Positions 29,878-39,558 of a stretch of 64,000 nt of DNA are shown piece after piece. The DNA is taken from contig JAXHNJ010000001.1 in the NCBI GenBank assembly GCA_034520665.1, positions 66,579 through 130,578 of the forward strand, given 5' to 3'. Source of the DNA: Patescibacteria group bacterium. Its GTDB lineage: Bacteria; Patescibacteriota; Patescibacteriia; JAXHNJ01. The notes under the pieces were generated by a model. The model did no database searches, was not told the origin of the DNA, and saw nothing but the letters and a program-made list of their open reading frames with translations. How positions within the stretch are numbered: position 1 is the stretch's first letter; the number at the start of each line of letters is the position of its first letter. The position numbers and the translations under genes were made by a program.

Positions 29878-32532
29878 ATGTTTAAAGAAAAAAAAGAAGA
29901 GACTAATAATATTGGAGAAAAAGTTAAAAATAACGAAAAACCAATTATAGAAAAATCAAATAATAATGTAGAGAGCAATTTACCCTTTTCTGAAGCGTCA
30001 AAAGAAAATAATTCAGGAAAGCAAGAAAGGCCAAGTTTAAATAAGGAAGAAACAAATAATGACCAAAAACAATTCACCTCGCCATCTTTTGCCGATGAAA
30101 AATTAAGAAAAAAATTCTCTTGGAAATTAGCAGCCCTTATTAGCGGGCTGGTTTTAATTATAGGGGGCTTTTGTGCGGTTTATTTTACAGACCTTAAATA
30201 TAAGATACCTTTTTTTCAGGCGGAAGAATCAGAGCTAGTTGGTATGATGTATGAACGCTTTAAGGAATTTAAAAGCAGTGATTTTACCATGAATTTTTTA
30301 GTGGAAGTAGCTGACCGTACAGACAAATTTAGTAAATTAAATAAAAAATCTAATTTTGGTATTAATTTAATAAATCCAGCTAAGGCCATTACTTCCTATA
30401 CTATAGAGGATATAACCACTAATATTGGCTTAGAAAAAACAAATGAAAATTCTAATAGTGCAAACTCTGATATGTTATCCTTTTTTTCCGGAGAAACTTT
30501 TGAAGAATACGAAAAAAAAATAGGGATGTATTTAGCCGGGGAGTCAAGACTTAATTTAACATTTAGTGGCAGCGGATTTGATTTATCAAAAGTAAAAGAA
30601 AAAAATGAATTACCCGATGTAGAAATGGTAGTTAATGGTGATTTTAAAACGGATTCAATGACTATGCTTATAGATTTAGCAGGAAAGTTGATAAAAGATA
30701 ATGTTTATTATAAAGTTTCTGAATTTCCTTATATTGATATTACTCAGGGACATCAAGGTGAATGGATTAAAGCTTCATCAATGAATGAAGAGATAAATGA
30801 TTTTGTCTCAAAGGTTGAAGAAAAAGGAGAGGATTTTATTAATAAAGCCAGAGATTTTATTTCTAAAACCAGAGATAAAAAACTTCTTATTTTTAAACAA
30901 ACTGGTAATAAGGTAAAGATTGAAGGTATTGAAGCTCCTGAGTTTGAAGTAGAGATAAATAGTGAAGTAGTTCCTGATTGGATAAAAAGTATTCAAAATG
31001 ATAATAGTAATACTAATATTTCTAAGATTATTAATATTAGTCAAAAAGAACTTACTCAAGAAGAAGAAAATGAAATTAAACAAAAAATAGAAAAAGCTAT
31101 GAAAAATATTAGGATCAAAGTAGCTCTTCATCCGGGGACCGGAGATCTTATGCAGTTGTCATTTAATTCGCGTATTGTACCACCTGAAGATCTAAAAATA
31201 TATAAAGACAAACAAATAAACATGGGTTTTACAGTTAAAATGTGGAATCATAATAATCCCTCAAAAGTAAAAGTTCCCTCATCTTATGTGGACGCTGATG
31301 AAATTGAACGCGAGAAACTAGGTCTTTCAAAAGAAGCGTATAGAGACAGAAAACAGGCCGAAAAGGTCCTATTTATTCGGGAAAAATTAATGGAATACTA
31401 TATTGAAAACAAAAAGTTTCCTGATAAACTTTCAAAAGTAACCCGTAATACCAAAGATTTAAACACAGAAAAAGATTATATTTATGAAGTTAAAGGCAAT
31501 AATTATAGTTTAGAATATAATATGAATGATGTTGAACAGGAGCCAAAACCTTCTGAAAAAGAATATACAAGCTACGGCATACTATATTCCACTAATTCTA
31601 AAGAAGGAATAGGAATAAATAGTATTACTAATGAAAAAAACGAATGGAGAAAAGGCAAAAATATAGCTGATCGTTATTCTCCTATTACTGACCAAATTAA
31701 AGAAAAATCTAATTTTGTAAAAAAAGGAGTGGAAAAAAGTAATTATGATGTTTTAGTGGCTAAAGAACAATCAAAAATCGTTCACCGAACAAAAGATCTT
31801 CTAAGTCGTTATAAAGCAAAATATGAAACATTTCCTGAAACCATTAATAAGCTGGAAGAAGCAGTAAATAATAATGAAATATATTATTATGATAAGAGTG
31901 ACGGTTATATGTGTGAAGATTTATTAAAAGGAGAATTTTGTCAATACATGACGGAAAATGATAACAAAACTTATAAATTTGATATTAATTTTGACTTAGG
32001 CATAGAGGATATTTCTTCTGAAGCCTCTTTATCCTTTAGACATTCTTTAGATGAATTTGTCTCAGGTAAAAATACGTTTATTGGTGGTTCTAACTTTAGT
32101 AATACTAATATTAACACTAATTCCAATAATGTTGATATGGATAATGATGGTGATGGTGATGGTATTAAAGATATAATAGAATCATATCTTGGCAGTAATA
32201 AGTATAAAAAAGATACTGATGGTGACGGCTATGATGATAAAACTGAATATTATGGCGGATATAATATAATGGGTGAAGGTAAATCAATCATCGGCGCTTG
32301 GTCGGAGTGTGTAAATTTAACCGGACTTGAAACATGCTCCGCCTATTGCCAGTCAATTGGAAAAACCTGTACGAGTGAGAAAGCAGTAACTTCTCAGGGG
32401 ATTTATGGAAAACCGGCTGAAACCTGGAATTCAGCAGCTGATTGTAAAAATGGAGCTACTTCAGCCGGTTATAATAATTGTTATTTTAATTCTAAAGCGA
32501 CTGATGCTCGCTGGAAATGTTTTTGCAAATAA
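29878..32532 (+). CDS. large membrane-anchored surface protein with thrombospondin-type-3-like Asp-rich calcium-binding repeats and Cys-rich C-terminal domain
   Basis: 884 aa. TM at about residue 95. DMDNDGDGDGIKD and DTDGDGYDDKTEY repeats. The last 80 residues carry 10 Cys. Confidence 0.6.
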   Translation: MFKEKKEETNNIGEKVKNNEKPIIEKSNNNVESNLPFSEASKENNSGKQERPSLNKEETNNDQKQFTSPSFADEKLRKKFSWKLAALISGLVLIIGGFCAVYFTDLKYKIPFFQAEESELVGMMYERFKEFKSSDFTMNFLVEVADRTDKFSKLNKKSNFGINLINPAKAITSYTIEDITTNIGLEKTNENSNSANSDMLSFFSGETFEEYEKKIGMYLAGESRLNLTFSGSGFDLSKVKEKNELPDVEMVVNGDFKTDSMTMLIDLAGKLIKDNVYYKVSEFPYIDITQGHQGEWIKASSMNEEINDFVSKVEEKGEDFINKARDFISKTRDKKLLIFKQTGNKVKIEGIEAPEFEVEINSEVVPDWIKSIQNDNSNTNISKIINISQKELTQEEENEIKQKIEKAMKNIRIKVALHPGTGDLMQLSFNSRIVPPEDLKIYKDKQINMGFTVKMWNHNNPSKVKVPSSYVDADEIEREKLGLSKEAYRDRKQAEKVLFIREKLMEYYIENKKFPDKLSKVTRNTKDLNTEKDYIYEVKGNNYSLEYNMNDVEQEPKPSEKEYTSYGILYSTNSKEGIGINSITNEKNEWRKGKNIADRYSPITDQIKEKSNFVKKGVEKSNYDVLVAKEQSKIVHRTKDLLSRYKAKYETFPETINKLEEAVNNNEIYYYDKSDGYMCEDLLKGEFCQYMTENDNKTYKFDINFDLGIEDISSEASLSFRHSLDEFVSGKNTFIGGSNFSNTNINTNSNNVDMDNDGDGDGIKDIIESYLGSNKYKKDTDGDGYDDKTEYYGGYNIMGEGKSIIGAWSECVNLTGLETCSAYCQSIGKTCTSEKAVTSQGIYGKPAETWNSAADCKNGATSAGYNNCYFNSKATDARWKCFCK

Positions 32533-32684
32533 AGACTTAGAATAGTCACTATTTATTGAAAAAGTAGTTTTTTAGTTATTGTTATTACTCTAAAATTGAA
32601 ATATTATTTAAGCTTGATATTTTTAATTATCTGTGCTATCATTTCCAAAGTTAAACTTAAGTATAAGGAAAAGAATATTTTGTT

Positions 32685-32760
32685 GGGTCGTTAGCTCAGT
32701 TGGTAGAGCACCTGCCTTTTAAGCAGGGTGTCACAGGTTCGAGACCTGTACGACCCACCA
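32685..32760 (+). tRNA. tRNA-Lys (anticodon TTT), CCA encoded
   Basis: GGGTCGT/ACGACCC acceptor; D-arm GCTC-AGTTGGTA-GAGC; anticodon stem CCTGC/GCAGG with loop CTTTTAA; T-arm ACAGG-TTCGAGA-CCTGT; ends ACCA. Confidence 0.9.
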
Positions 32761-32822
32761 AAACATTCTTTTTTTAATACAATAGAATTTAGAGTACTCT
32801 GTATTTTGTGCCAAGATATTAC

Positions 32823-32866
32823 GGTTCGCTTGTCTGCTTCTGGCGGGAGACTCTTACGACCCACCA
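32823..32866 (+). repeat. degenerate direct repeat of the tRNA-Lys 3' end (att-site-like remnant)
   Basis: ACGGTTCG...TTACGACCCACCA matches the tRNA T-arm start and the last 12 nt (TACGACCCACCA) exactly. Confidence 0.5.
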
Positions 32867-32970
32867 GAGGTTTTTTTATTTGACTTTTATTATATTTTTT
32901 TATAAAGTGAAATACTCGCACATTTTATTAGAAGTAATAAATGGTGTCTTTTAACCAAAAAGGAGGATTT

Positions 32971-34317
32971 ATGATTAAGCGTTATAATCCGAAAGATGTG
33001 GCTAGAATCTGGCGCTTACGTTCAAAGTTTGAATACTGGCTAAAGGTAGAGCTAGCCATGATCAAAGCCAGATACCAGCGTGGTGATTATCCGAAGAATG
33101 TTTACAAACAGATAAGAAAAAAGGCCCGCTTCAAAGTTTCCGAAGTGCAGGCTATTGATAAGATTATTCATCATGATCTTCAGGCCTTTGTTGATAATGT
33201 CCGCAGTTATCTAGATGAAAATTTACGGAAATATTTCCATGAAGAAATGACTTCCTATGACACAGAAGAGCCGGCTTTGGCCCTTCAGCTGTTAAAAGCC
33301 GGAGGGATAATACACCGTGAACTGAAAAGTCTTGCTGACTGCCTAAGAGAGAAAGCCAGTCAACACATGTGGACTTTTTGTATCGGAGTAACCCATGGGC
33401 AGGACGCCAGACCGACTACTTTTGGCTGGAGACTATGCAGCTACCTGGAAGCTATTGAAAGAGCTGATGAAAATCTGGCCTTTATACTTGAGCAGCTCAG
33501 AGAAGTCAAGATGTCCGGAGCTATTGGTAATTATCTGACTATTGATCCGGAACTGGAAGAAGAGGCTTTGAGAATTCTTAATCTTAAAGTGCGGCCGGCG
33601 GCCACCCAAATAACTCTGCGCGACAATATTGCCCGTTTCTTGGCGGAGATAGCCGTAATTGGATCTTGTCTGGAAAAAATGGCTGTTGATCTTAGGCATT
33701 GGTCTAAGACTTCAACGCTGGAGATTCAAGAGCCCCGCAGTAAAAAACAGAAAGGCTCTTCGGCTATGCCTCACAAGAAGAATCCGATTATTCTGGAAAG
33801 ATTGACCGGCCAGTCGCGCCTACTCAGAGCCAACGCCCTGGTAGCTATGGAGAATATTGCTACTTGGGAAGAAAGGGATATTTCTCAGTCTTCACCGGAA
33901 AGAATTATTTTACCTGATGCCACTGGTTTAGTGGTTTACATGCTGCGCCAAATGAACTGGGTTATTAGCCACCTGGTGGTTTTCCGGGAAAGGATGGCTT
34001 TGAATATTGATCGCACTAACGGCTGCTGGGCTAGTGAAGAAGTTAAGACCTTGCTGGCCGATACTGGTATTAATCCGGAGGATGTTTACCGATTAGTTCA
34101 AACCGCAGCTTTCCGGGCTATGGAAGAAGATACTTCCTTTATGCAGTCAGTATTGCAGGCCAGTATACCAGGAAGTGGTCAGGTAGTAGCTGAAGTAGTA
34201 TCGGCTGAAAAAATAAGAGGGTGCTTCAATTTTCAATCCAGGCTCCATGAGGTATTACCGCGAGTTTATCAAAGATTTAACCTTGATCCGGACCGAGCTT
34301 TACCGGATAACTGTTAA
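32971..34317 (+). CDS. purB: adenylosuccinate lyase
   Basis: Fumarate-lyase signature GSSAMPHKKNP. Start chosen at MIKRYNP after AGGAGG. The gene is GC-richer than its surroundings. Confidence 0.85.
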   Translation: MIKRYNPKDVARIWRLRSKFEYWLKVELAMIKARYQRGDYPKNVYKQIRKKARFKVSEVQAIDKIIHHDLQAFVDNVRSYLDENLRKYFHEEMTSYDTEEPALALQLLKAGGIIHRELKSLADCLREKASQHMWTFCIGVTHGQDARPTTFGWRLCSYLEAIERADENLAFILEQLREVKMSGAIGNYLTIDPELEEEALRILNLKVRPAATQITLRDNIARFLAEIAVIGSCLEKMAVDLRHWSKTSTLEIQEPRSKKQKGSSAMPHKKNPIILERLTGQSRLLRANALVAMENIATWEERDISQSSPERIILPDATGLVVYMLRQMNWVISHLVVFRERMALNIDRTNGCWASEEVKTLLADTGINPEDVYRLVQTAAFRAMEEDTSFMQSVLQASIPGSGQVVAEVVSAEKIRGCFNFQSRLHEVLPRVYQRFNLDPDRALPDNC

Positions 34318-34436
34318 AAATTTTACCCCGAATTTATTTCGGGGTTTTTTCTTTACTTTTTTAATATCATTTGCTAAGATAATTAACTTGTTAATTGTGG
34401 AAAAAGAGCTCTTTAAAACCAAAGAAAGGAGAAATT

Positions 34437-35972
34437 ATGATAAAGAGAGCTTTGATCAGTGTAGCTGATAAAGAAGGTATTCTTGAATTTGCTCGTGAGC
34501 TTGACAAGATGGGAGTAGAAATTGTTTCCTCAGGGGGGACAGCTAATTTTCTCCGCGGATTCGGAATTCCGGTCACCGACGTTGAGCAAATTACTGATTT
34601 TCCAGAGATGATGGATGGACGCTTAAAAACTCTTCATCCGAGAATTCATGGCGGTATTCTGGGACGGGCTACTTCTGAAGATCGGAGCCTTCAGAGCTTA
34701 CATGGTATTCCTCGTTTTGACTTAGTCTGTGTTGACCTCTATCATCTAGTCGAGTATGCTAATGATCCTGACAGAACCTTACTTGAAGTTTTGGATAAAG
34801 TGGATATTGGTGGACCGACTATGATCCGCGGGGCTGCTAAGAATTACCATCACGGGGTAACTGTCATTTGTTCTCTGGAACACCGGTCATTGGTTATTAA
34901 AGAATTAAAAGAACACGGTCGGGTAAGAGAGCCAATGAGAGCTAAATTAGCCACTGAAGTTTTTGCTTTAATGACTCGTTATAACAGTGTTATTGCTTCT
35001 CGTATGGCTGATGAGTATGGTGAAAACTTTTTAGTAATAGCCGGTACAAATGGTGAAACACTGCGTTATGGCACTAATCCTCATCAGATAACAGCGGGTG
35101 TTCATTATAATGAAGAGGATTATAAAATCCTCTATGCTGGCAAAGACCTTTCTTATACTAACTGGGAAGAAATTGCCTGGGCTGTGGAAATGATTAATCA
35201 TTTCGATATGGAAAAAGCTTGTGCTATTTTTAAACATTTATCTCCCTGTGGTGTGGCTTTAGCTGAAAATACTAGTCTGGCCTTTAAAAGAGCCTGGTCT
35301 GGTGATCCCTTGTCTGCTTTTGGCAGTACGGTGGCCATAAACGGTTTGGTAGATGAAGCCACAGTGGATCTGATGGAAGATAAATTTTTTGAAACTTTGA
35401 TTTGTTTCAATATTTCTCAAGAAGCTCTTAATAAATTAGTCGCTTCCCACGGTAATATTCGGATAATCCAAACTAATAAGTTGTTATTTGGTCGACTCCA
35501 GCGGGAAACTAAGATGAAAATGGGTATCTGTCTTATTCAAGAGCCAGATACTTTTTTACCTGAGCTTACTAATTTCATCCAGGCGGGTAAAAAAGAAGCT
35601 ACGCAAAAGCAGCTTGAAGAGCTGATTTTTGCGGCCACGTGCTGTAAGTTTCTCTCCTCAAATGCAACGGCCATTACACGTCGCAAAAAAATGATCGGTT
35701 ATGGTCGTGGCGGTGCTTCTCGAGTTGAGGTTTGTCAAAGAGCTGTTGAATCGGCAAATAATAATGAGCACGGACTTAATCAGTCTGTGGCTGTGACTGA
35801 CGGTTTTTTCCCCTTTCCGGACGGACTGGAAGTTTTAGCTAAGGCAGGAATTAAGGTAATTGCCGGTCCCAATGCTCCAACAGCCGGTCTCAGGAGGAAG
35901 AAGGTAATAGCTAAAGCTGATGAACTAGGTGTAGCTTTTTACTACCTTGATCACCGGCTCTTTAGACATTAA
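34437..35972 (+). CDS. purH: bifunctional AICAR transformylase / IMP cyclohydrolase
   Basis: N-terminal MGS-like MIKRALISVADKEGILEFARELDKMGVEIVSSGGTA. C-terminal formyltransferase part. Start chosen at the ATG after an AGGAG RBS. Confidence 0.8.
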   Translation: MIKRALISVADKEGILEFARELDKMGVEIVSSGGTANFLRGFGIPVTDVEQITDFPEMMDGRLKTLHPRIHGGILGRATSEDRSLQSLHGIPRFDLVCVDLYHLVEYANDPDRTLLEVLDKVDIGGPTMIRGAAKNYHHGVTVICSLEHRSLVIKELKEHGRVREPMRAKLATEVFALMTRYNSVIASRMADEYGENFLVIAGTNGETLRYGTNPHQITAGVHYNEEDYKILYAGKDLSYTNWEEIAWAVEMINHFDMEKACAIFKHLSPCGVALAENTSLAFKRAWSGDPLSAFGSTVAINGLVDEATVDLMEDKFFETLICFNISQEALNKLVASHGNIRIIQTNKLLFGRLQRETKMKMGICLIQEPDTFLPELTNFIQAGKKEATQKQLEELIFAATCCKFLSSNATAITRRKKMIGYGRGGASRVEVCQRAVESANNNEHGLNQSVAVTDGFFPFPDGLEVLAKAGIKVIAGPNAPTAGLRRKKVIAKADELGVAFYYLDHRLFRH

Positions 35973-35985
35973 TTTGTAATTTGAT

Positions 35986-36021
35986 AAACCCCATCACGCT
36001 TTGGCGCGATCGGGGTTTTTT
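35986..36021 (+). terminator. rho-independent terminator after purH
   Basis: GC-rich hairpin AAACCCCATCACGC...GCGCGATCGGGG followed by TTTTTT. Confidence 0.6.
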
Positions 36022-36054
36022 CTTTGGTTTTTTTTATGCTAAAATAAAGGTAAT

Positions 36055-38730
36055 ATGACCAAAACAAAATGGTATAAATTAAGCTCTGATCAAGCTTTAA
36101 AAAAGCTTGATTCTTCAGGGCACGGGCTAAGTCAAGAAGAGGTTAAAAACAGAAAAAAAGAATTTGGAAAAAACGAATTGCCAAAGGAAAAACAAATGCC
36201 TTGGCTAAAATTATTTTTTAGCCAATTTAAAAGTTCTTTAGTTTATATTTTGCTAGCTGCTACGGTGGTTAGTTTTTTTCTGGGCGATTATATGGATGGC
36301 TATGTTATTTTAGCGGCGGTCATTATTAATGTTATTATTGGCTTTTTTCAAGAGCGTAAGGCTCAAAATGCTCTTAAAAAATTAAAAGAAGTTATTACTT
36401 TAAAAACTTTGGTTTTTCGTAATGGGCAGGAATCTGAAATTAATGTTGAGGATTTAGTGCCTGGCGATGTTTTAGTGCTTTATGCCGGTGATAAAATTCC
36501 GGCTGACGCCCGTATTATTTCAGCTAAGAATTTAAAAGTAAATGAAGCTAGTCTGACCGGGGAGGCTTATCCGATTGAAAAATTTAGCCATAAAATATCC
36601 AAAGAAACTTCTCTGCCGGACCGCCAGAATATGCTTTATATGGGTACAGTCCTAGCTGAAGGCAGTGCTCGGGCGGTAGTCACTAACATCGGAGACAACA
36701 CAGAATTTGGTAAAATTGCTAAACTGGTTAAAGAAACCGAGCAAAACAAGACTCCACTCCAGGTCAAATTAACTCGCTTTTCTCGGCGATTGGCCATTAT
36801 TGTTTTAGTGGTTAGTGCTCTTTTACTAGTCATTGGTCTTTTTACCGGTCGGGAATTTATTGAAATGTTTACTACTTCTGTAGCCGTAGCTGTTTCGGCT
36901 ATTCCCGAAGGTCTTTTAATTGCTGTTACTCTAATATTGACTATTGGCATGCAGAGAATTTTAAAACATAAATCTTTAGTGCGTAATTTACTTTCAGCTG
37001 AGACCTTGGGTTCAACCACAGTAATTTGTACCGATAAAACTGGCACCTTAACTGAAGGTATTATGCATGTTTCTCAAATTATTACTAACAAGCATGATTT
37101 TTCTACTGAAGATCCGCAAACAGCTATTAATAAGGATAGCGCTGAAAGTTTCATCTTTGCCTTAAAAATTGGTATGCTTTGTAATGACGCTTTTATTGAA
37201 AACGAGGAAGATGATTTAAAAAAATGGAAAATAGCTGGTGGCAATCCGACGGAAAGAGCTCTTTTAAATGCCGGTATTAAGCTGGGTTTGAGAAAAAGTG
37301 AATTAGAAAAAGAGTACAAAAGAATAGATGAGATTCCTTTTAACTCCACAATAAAATACATGGCTACTTTACATCATTACTCTAAAGAGCAAAATATTAT
37401 ATTTGTCAAAGGAGCCCCGGAAAAAATATTGGAAATGTCGAACTATATTGATAGTGACGGCCAGCGTATAAAAATGACCGGACCCAAGCAAAAAGAACTG
37501 AAAAAAAAGTTTGAAAAACTTTCTAATAAGGGCTTGCGTATTTTAGCTTTTGGCTATAAGCGCCTTGGAGGCCAGATTCGTTCTTTGGAAGAGTTTGAAA
37601 AAGAAGAAGATAAAGCCATAATTTTTGTCGGATTTATGGCTCTAAAAGATCCCTTGCGTAAGGAAGCCAAAGAGACCCTTAAATTAGTGGAACAAGCCGG
37701 TATTAAGTCGGTCATGATTACTGGTGATCATAAATTAACGGCCCAGTCTATTGCTCAGGAGTTGGGACTACCAGCTGAAAACGAAAATATTATAGAAGGT
37801 AAAGAATTGCAAAGATTAAGTGACTATGAACTGAAGAAAAAAGTAAAAGAAATTTCAGTCTACGCCCGAGTTTCGCCAGAAGACAAACTACGCATTGTAG
37901 ATGCTTGGCAGGCTAATGACGAGGTAGTAGCTATGACTGGTGACGGAGTTAATGATGCGCCGGCTTTAAAGAGTGCGAATATTGGCATAGCTTTGGGCTC
38001 AGGTACTGATGTGGCTAAGGGGGCGGCTGGCTTGGTTCTTATGGATGATAATTTTAAGACCATTGAAAAGGCCGTGGAACAGGGAAGGGTTATTTTTGAT
38101 AATATTAAAAAAGTAGTACTTTATTTATTATCGGATGGTTTTTCAGAAATATTATTAATTACCGGCAGTTTTATTTTGGGGTACCCTTTGCCTCTTTTAG
38201 CGGCTCAAATTCTTTGGATTAATTTAATTGATGATACTTTTCCTTCATTAGCTATGGCTATGGAGCCGGCGGATAAAGAAATAATGAAAAAAAAGCCCGA
38301 AGGACTGATTAGCAGTGTCTTAAATACAGAAATGAAAGTAATGATTGCTATTATTAGTGTTTTAAGTGCTATAGCTTCTTTTATAATTTTTGTCTATTTT
38401 TATGAAACTACCGGCAATTTAACATTGGCTCGTACTATTGCTTTTACCAATTTAGCTTTTGATTCTTTGCCTTTGGCTTTTAGTATTCGCAGTTTACGAC
38501 GTTCAATCCTGAAAATGAATCCTTTTAAAAACAAAGCCTTAGTAGCCGCAGTCATATTTTGTCTTTTTCTCCAATTGGCGGCTGTCTATGTGCCTTTCTT
38601 ACAAAGAGTGCTGCGAACCGAATCTTTGGGGCTTATTCACTGGGGAGTTATTGTATTAACTACTTTGATAGAAATAATTATTATTGAAATTACTAAACAC
38701 TTTTTTGCGTCAAAAAAAAGAAAAAATTAG
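36055..38730 (+). CDS. P-type cation-transporting ATPase (type II, Ca2+/Mg2+-like)
   Basis: 891 aa with CTDKTGTLT phosphorylation motif, TGDHKLTA and TGDGVNDAPAL. Confidence 0.9.
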   Translation: MTKTKWYKLSSDQALKKLDSSGHGLSQEEVKNRKKEFGKNELPKEKQMPWLKLFFSQFKSSLVYILLAATVVSFFLGDYMDGYVILAAVIINVIIGFFQERKAQNALKKLKEVITLKTLVFRNGQESEINVEDLVPGDVLVLYAGDKIPADARIISAKNLKVNEASLTGEAYPIEKFSHKISKETSLPDRQNMLYMGTVLAEGSARAVVTNIGDNTEFGKIAKLVKETEQNKTPLQVKLTRFSRRLAIIVLVVSALLLVIGLFTGREFIEMFTTSVAVAVSAIPEGLLIAVTLILTIGMQRILKHKSLVRNLLSAETLGSTTVICTDKTGTLTEGIMHVSQIITNKHDFSTEDPQTAINKDSAESFIFALKIGMLCNDAFIENEEDDLKKWKIAGGNPTERALLNAGIKLGLRKSELEKEYKRIDEIPFNSTIKYMATLHHYSKEQNIIFVKGAPEKILEMSNYIDSDGQRIKMTGPKQKELKKKFEKLSNKGLRILAFGYKRLGGQIRSLEEFEKEEDKAIIFVGFMALKDPLRKEAKETLKLVEQAGIKSVMITGDHKLTAQSIAQELGLPAENENIIEGKELQRLSDYELKKKVKEISVYARVSPEDKLRIVDAWQANDEVVAMTGDGVNDAPALKSANIGIALGSGTDVAKGAAGLVLMDDNFKTIEKAVEQGRVIFDNIKKVVLYLLSDGFSEILLITGSFILGYPLPLLAAQILWINLIDDTFPSLAMAMEPADKEIMKKKPEGLISSVLNTEMKVMIAIISVLSAIASFIIFVYFYETTGNLTLARTIAFTNLAFDSLPLAFSIRSLRRSILKMNPFKNKALVAAVIFCLFLQLAAVYVPFLQRVLRTESLGLIHWGVIVLTTLIEIIIIEITKHFFASKKRKN

Positions 38731-38739
38731 CAAGAAAAA

Positions 38740-39327
38740 ATGAAAGAGAAAACGAATAAGCTATTATTTTACCTGGCTATATTCTCATTAATATTTTTAT
38801 TTTTTATTGAAATTTTTTCTAGTTATGATACACCTGTCAGGCAAGCAGCCCTGGCTTTAACTGGCTTGTCAGCTATAATAGTTTTATTAATTGTTTTTCA
38901 AAAAACAAAATCAAAGTTGCAAATATCTCTGCCTTTTTATATTGCCTGGACGACAGCTTTAGCGGTTTGGTTTGATGCCCTGGGTAACTTTGCCGGACTT
39001 TATGAAAAAATACTTTGGTGGGATAAACTGGCGCATGTAGTTGGCTCAGGAGCTTTAACCTTGGCTTTCTTTTTTATTTTTTATGAGCTTAATAAAAAAG
39101 GTAAAATAAAACTAGGAAAATTTAATTTATCGCTTTACTCTATATCGTTAGCTGTTTTTCTTTCATCAATTTATGAAGTCAGTGAATTTTTGGGTGATCA
39201 ATGGTTTGCCACCAGGCGAGTGACTGACTTATATGACACAGCTGATGATATGATGTGGAATATAATAGCGGGCATAGTAATAGTTATTATTTTCTGGCTA
39301 TTATTAAGTTTTAAAAGAAGAAAATAA
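38740..39327 (+). CDS. hypothetical integral membrane protein
   Basis: 195 aa, 5-6 predicted TM helices. Confidence 0.5.
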   Translation: MKEKTNKLLFYLAIFSLIFLFFIEIFSSYDTPVRQAALALTGLSAIIVLLIVFQKTKSKLQISLPFYIAWTTALAVWFDALGNFAGLYEKILWWDKLAHVVGSGALTLAFFFIFYELNKKGKIKLGKFNLSLYSISLAVFLSSIYEVSEFLGDQWFATRRVTDLYDTADDMMWNIIAGIVIVIIFWLLLSFKRRK

Positions 39328-39370
39328 TTAATTCATAAAAACCTAAAAAGCCTATATTACTGATAACATC

Positions 39371-39445
39371 GGGCTTAAGGGAAGTTTTTTCTCGCAGAGA
39401 AAAAACTTGGGAGAGCGAAGTGCAACGAGCGAACCCTTTAAGCCC
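39371..39445 (+). repeat. GC-rich structured intergenic element with nested inverted repeats
   Basis: GGGCTTAAGGG...CCCTTTAAGCCC outer inverted repeat enclosing a perfect 12-bp hairpin AAGTTTTTTCTC-GCA-GAGAAAAAACTT. Imperfect GTGCAACG..CGAAC direct repeats follow. Confidence 0.45.
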
Positions 39446-39558
39446 TGTTAATTGTCCCGAGCGTAGCGAGAGTGCAACGTGGTCGAACGAAGTGAGAAGT
39501 AATCAGAAGCCCCGTTCTATTCACAAGTTATTTAAAATAGAAAGGATCCTATTTAATT

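Noticed and set aside
36636-38063. Minus-strand ORFs inside the P-type ATPase gene
   Set aside because: Antisense shadows of a gene with unambiguous P-type motifs.
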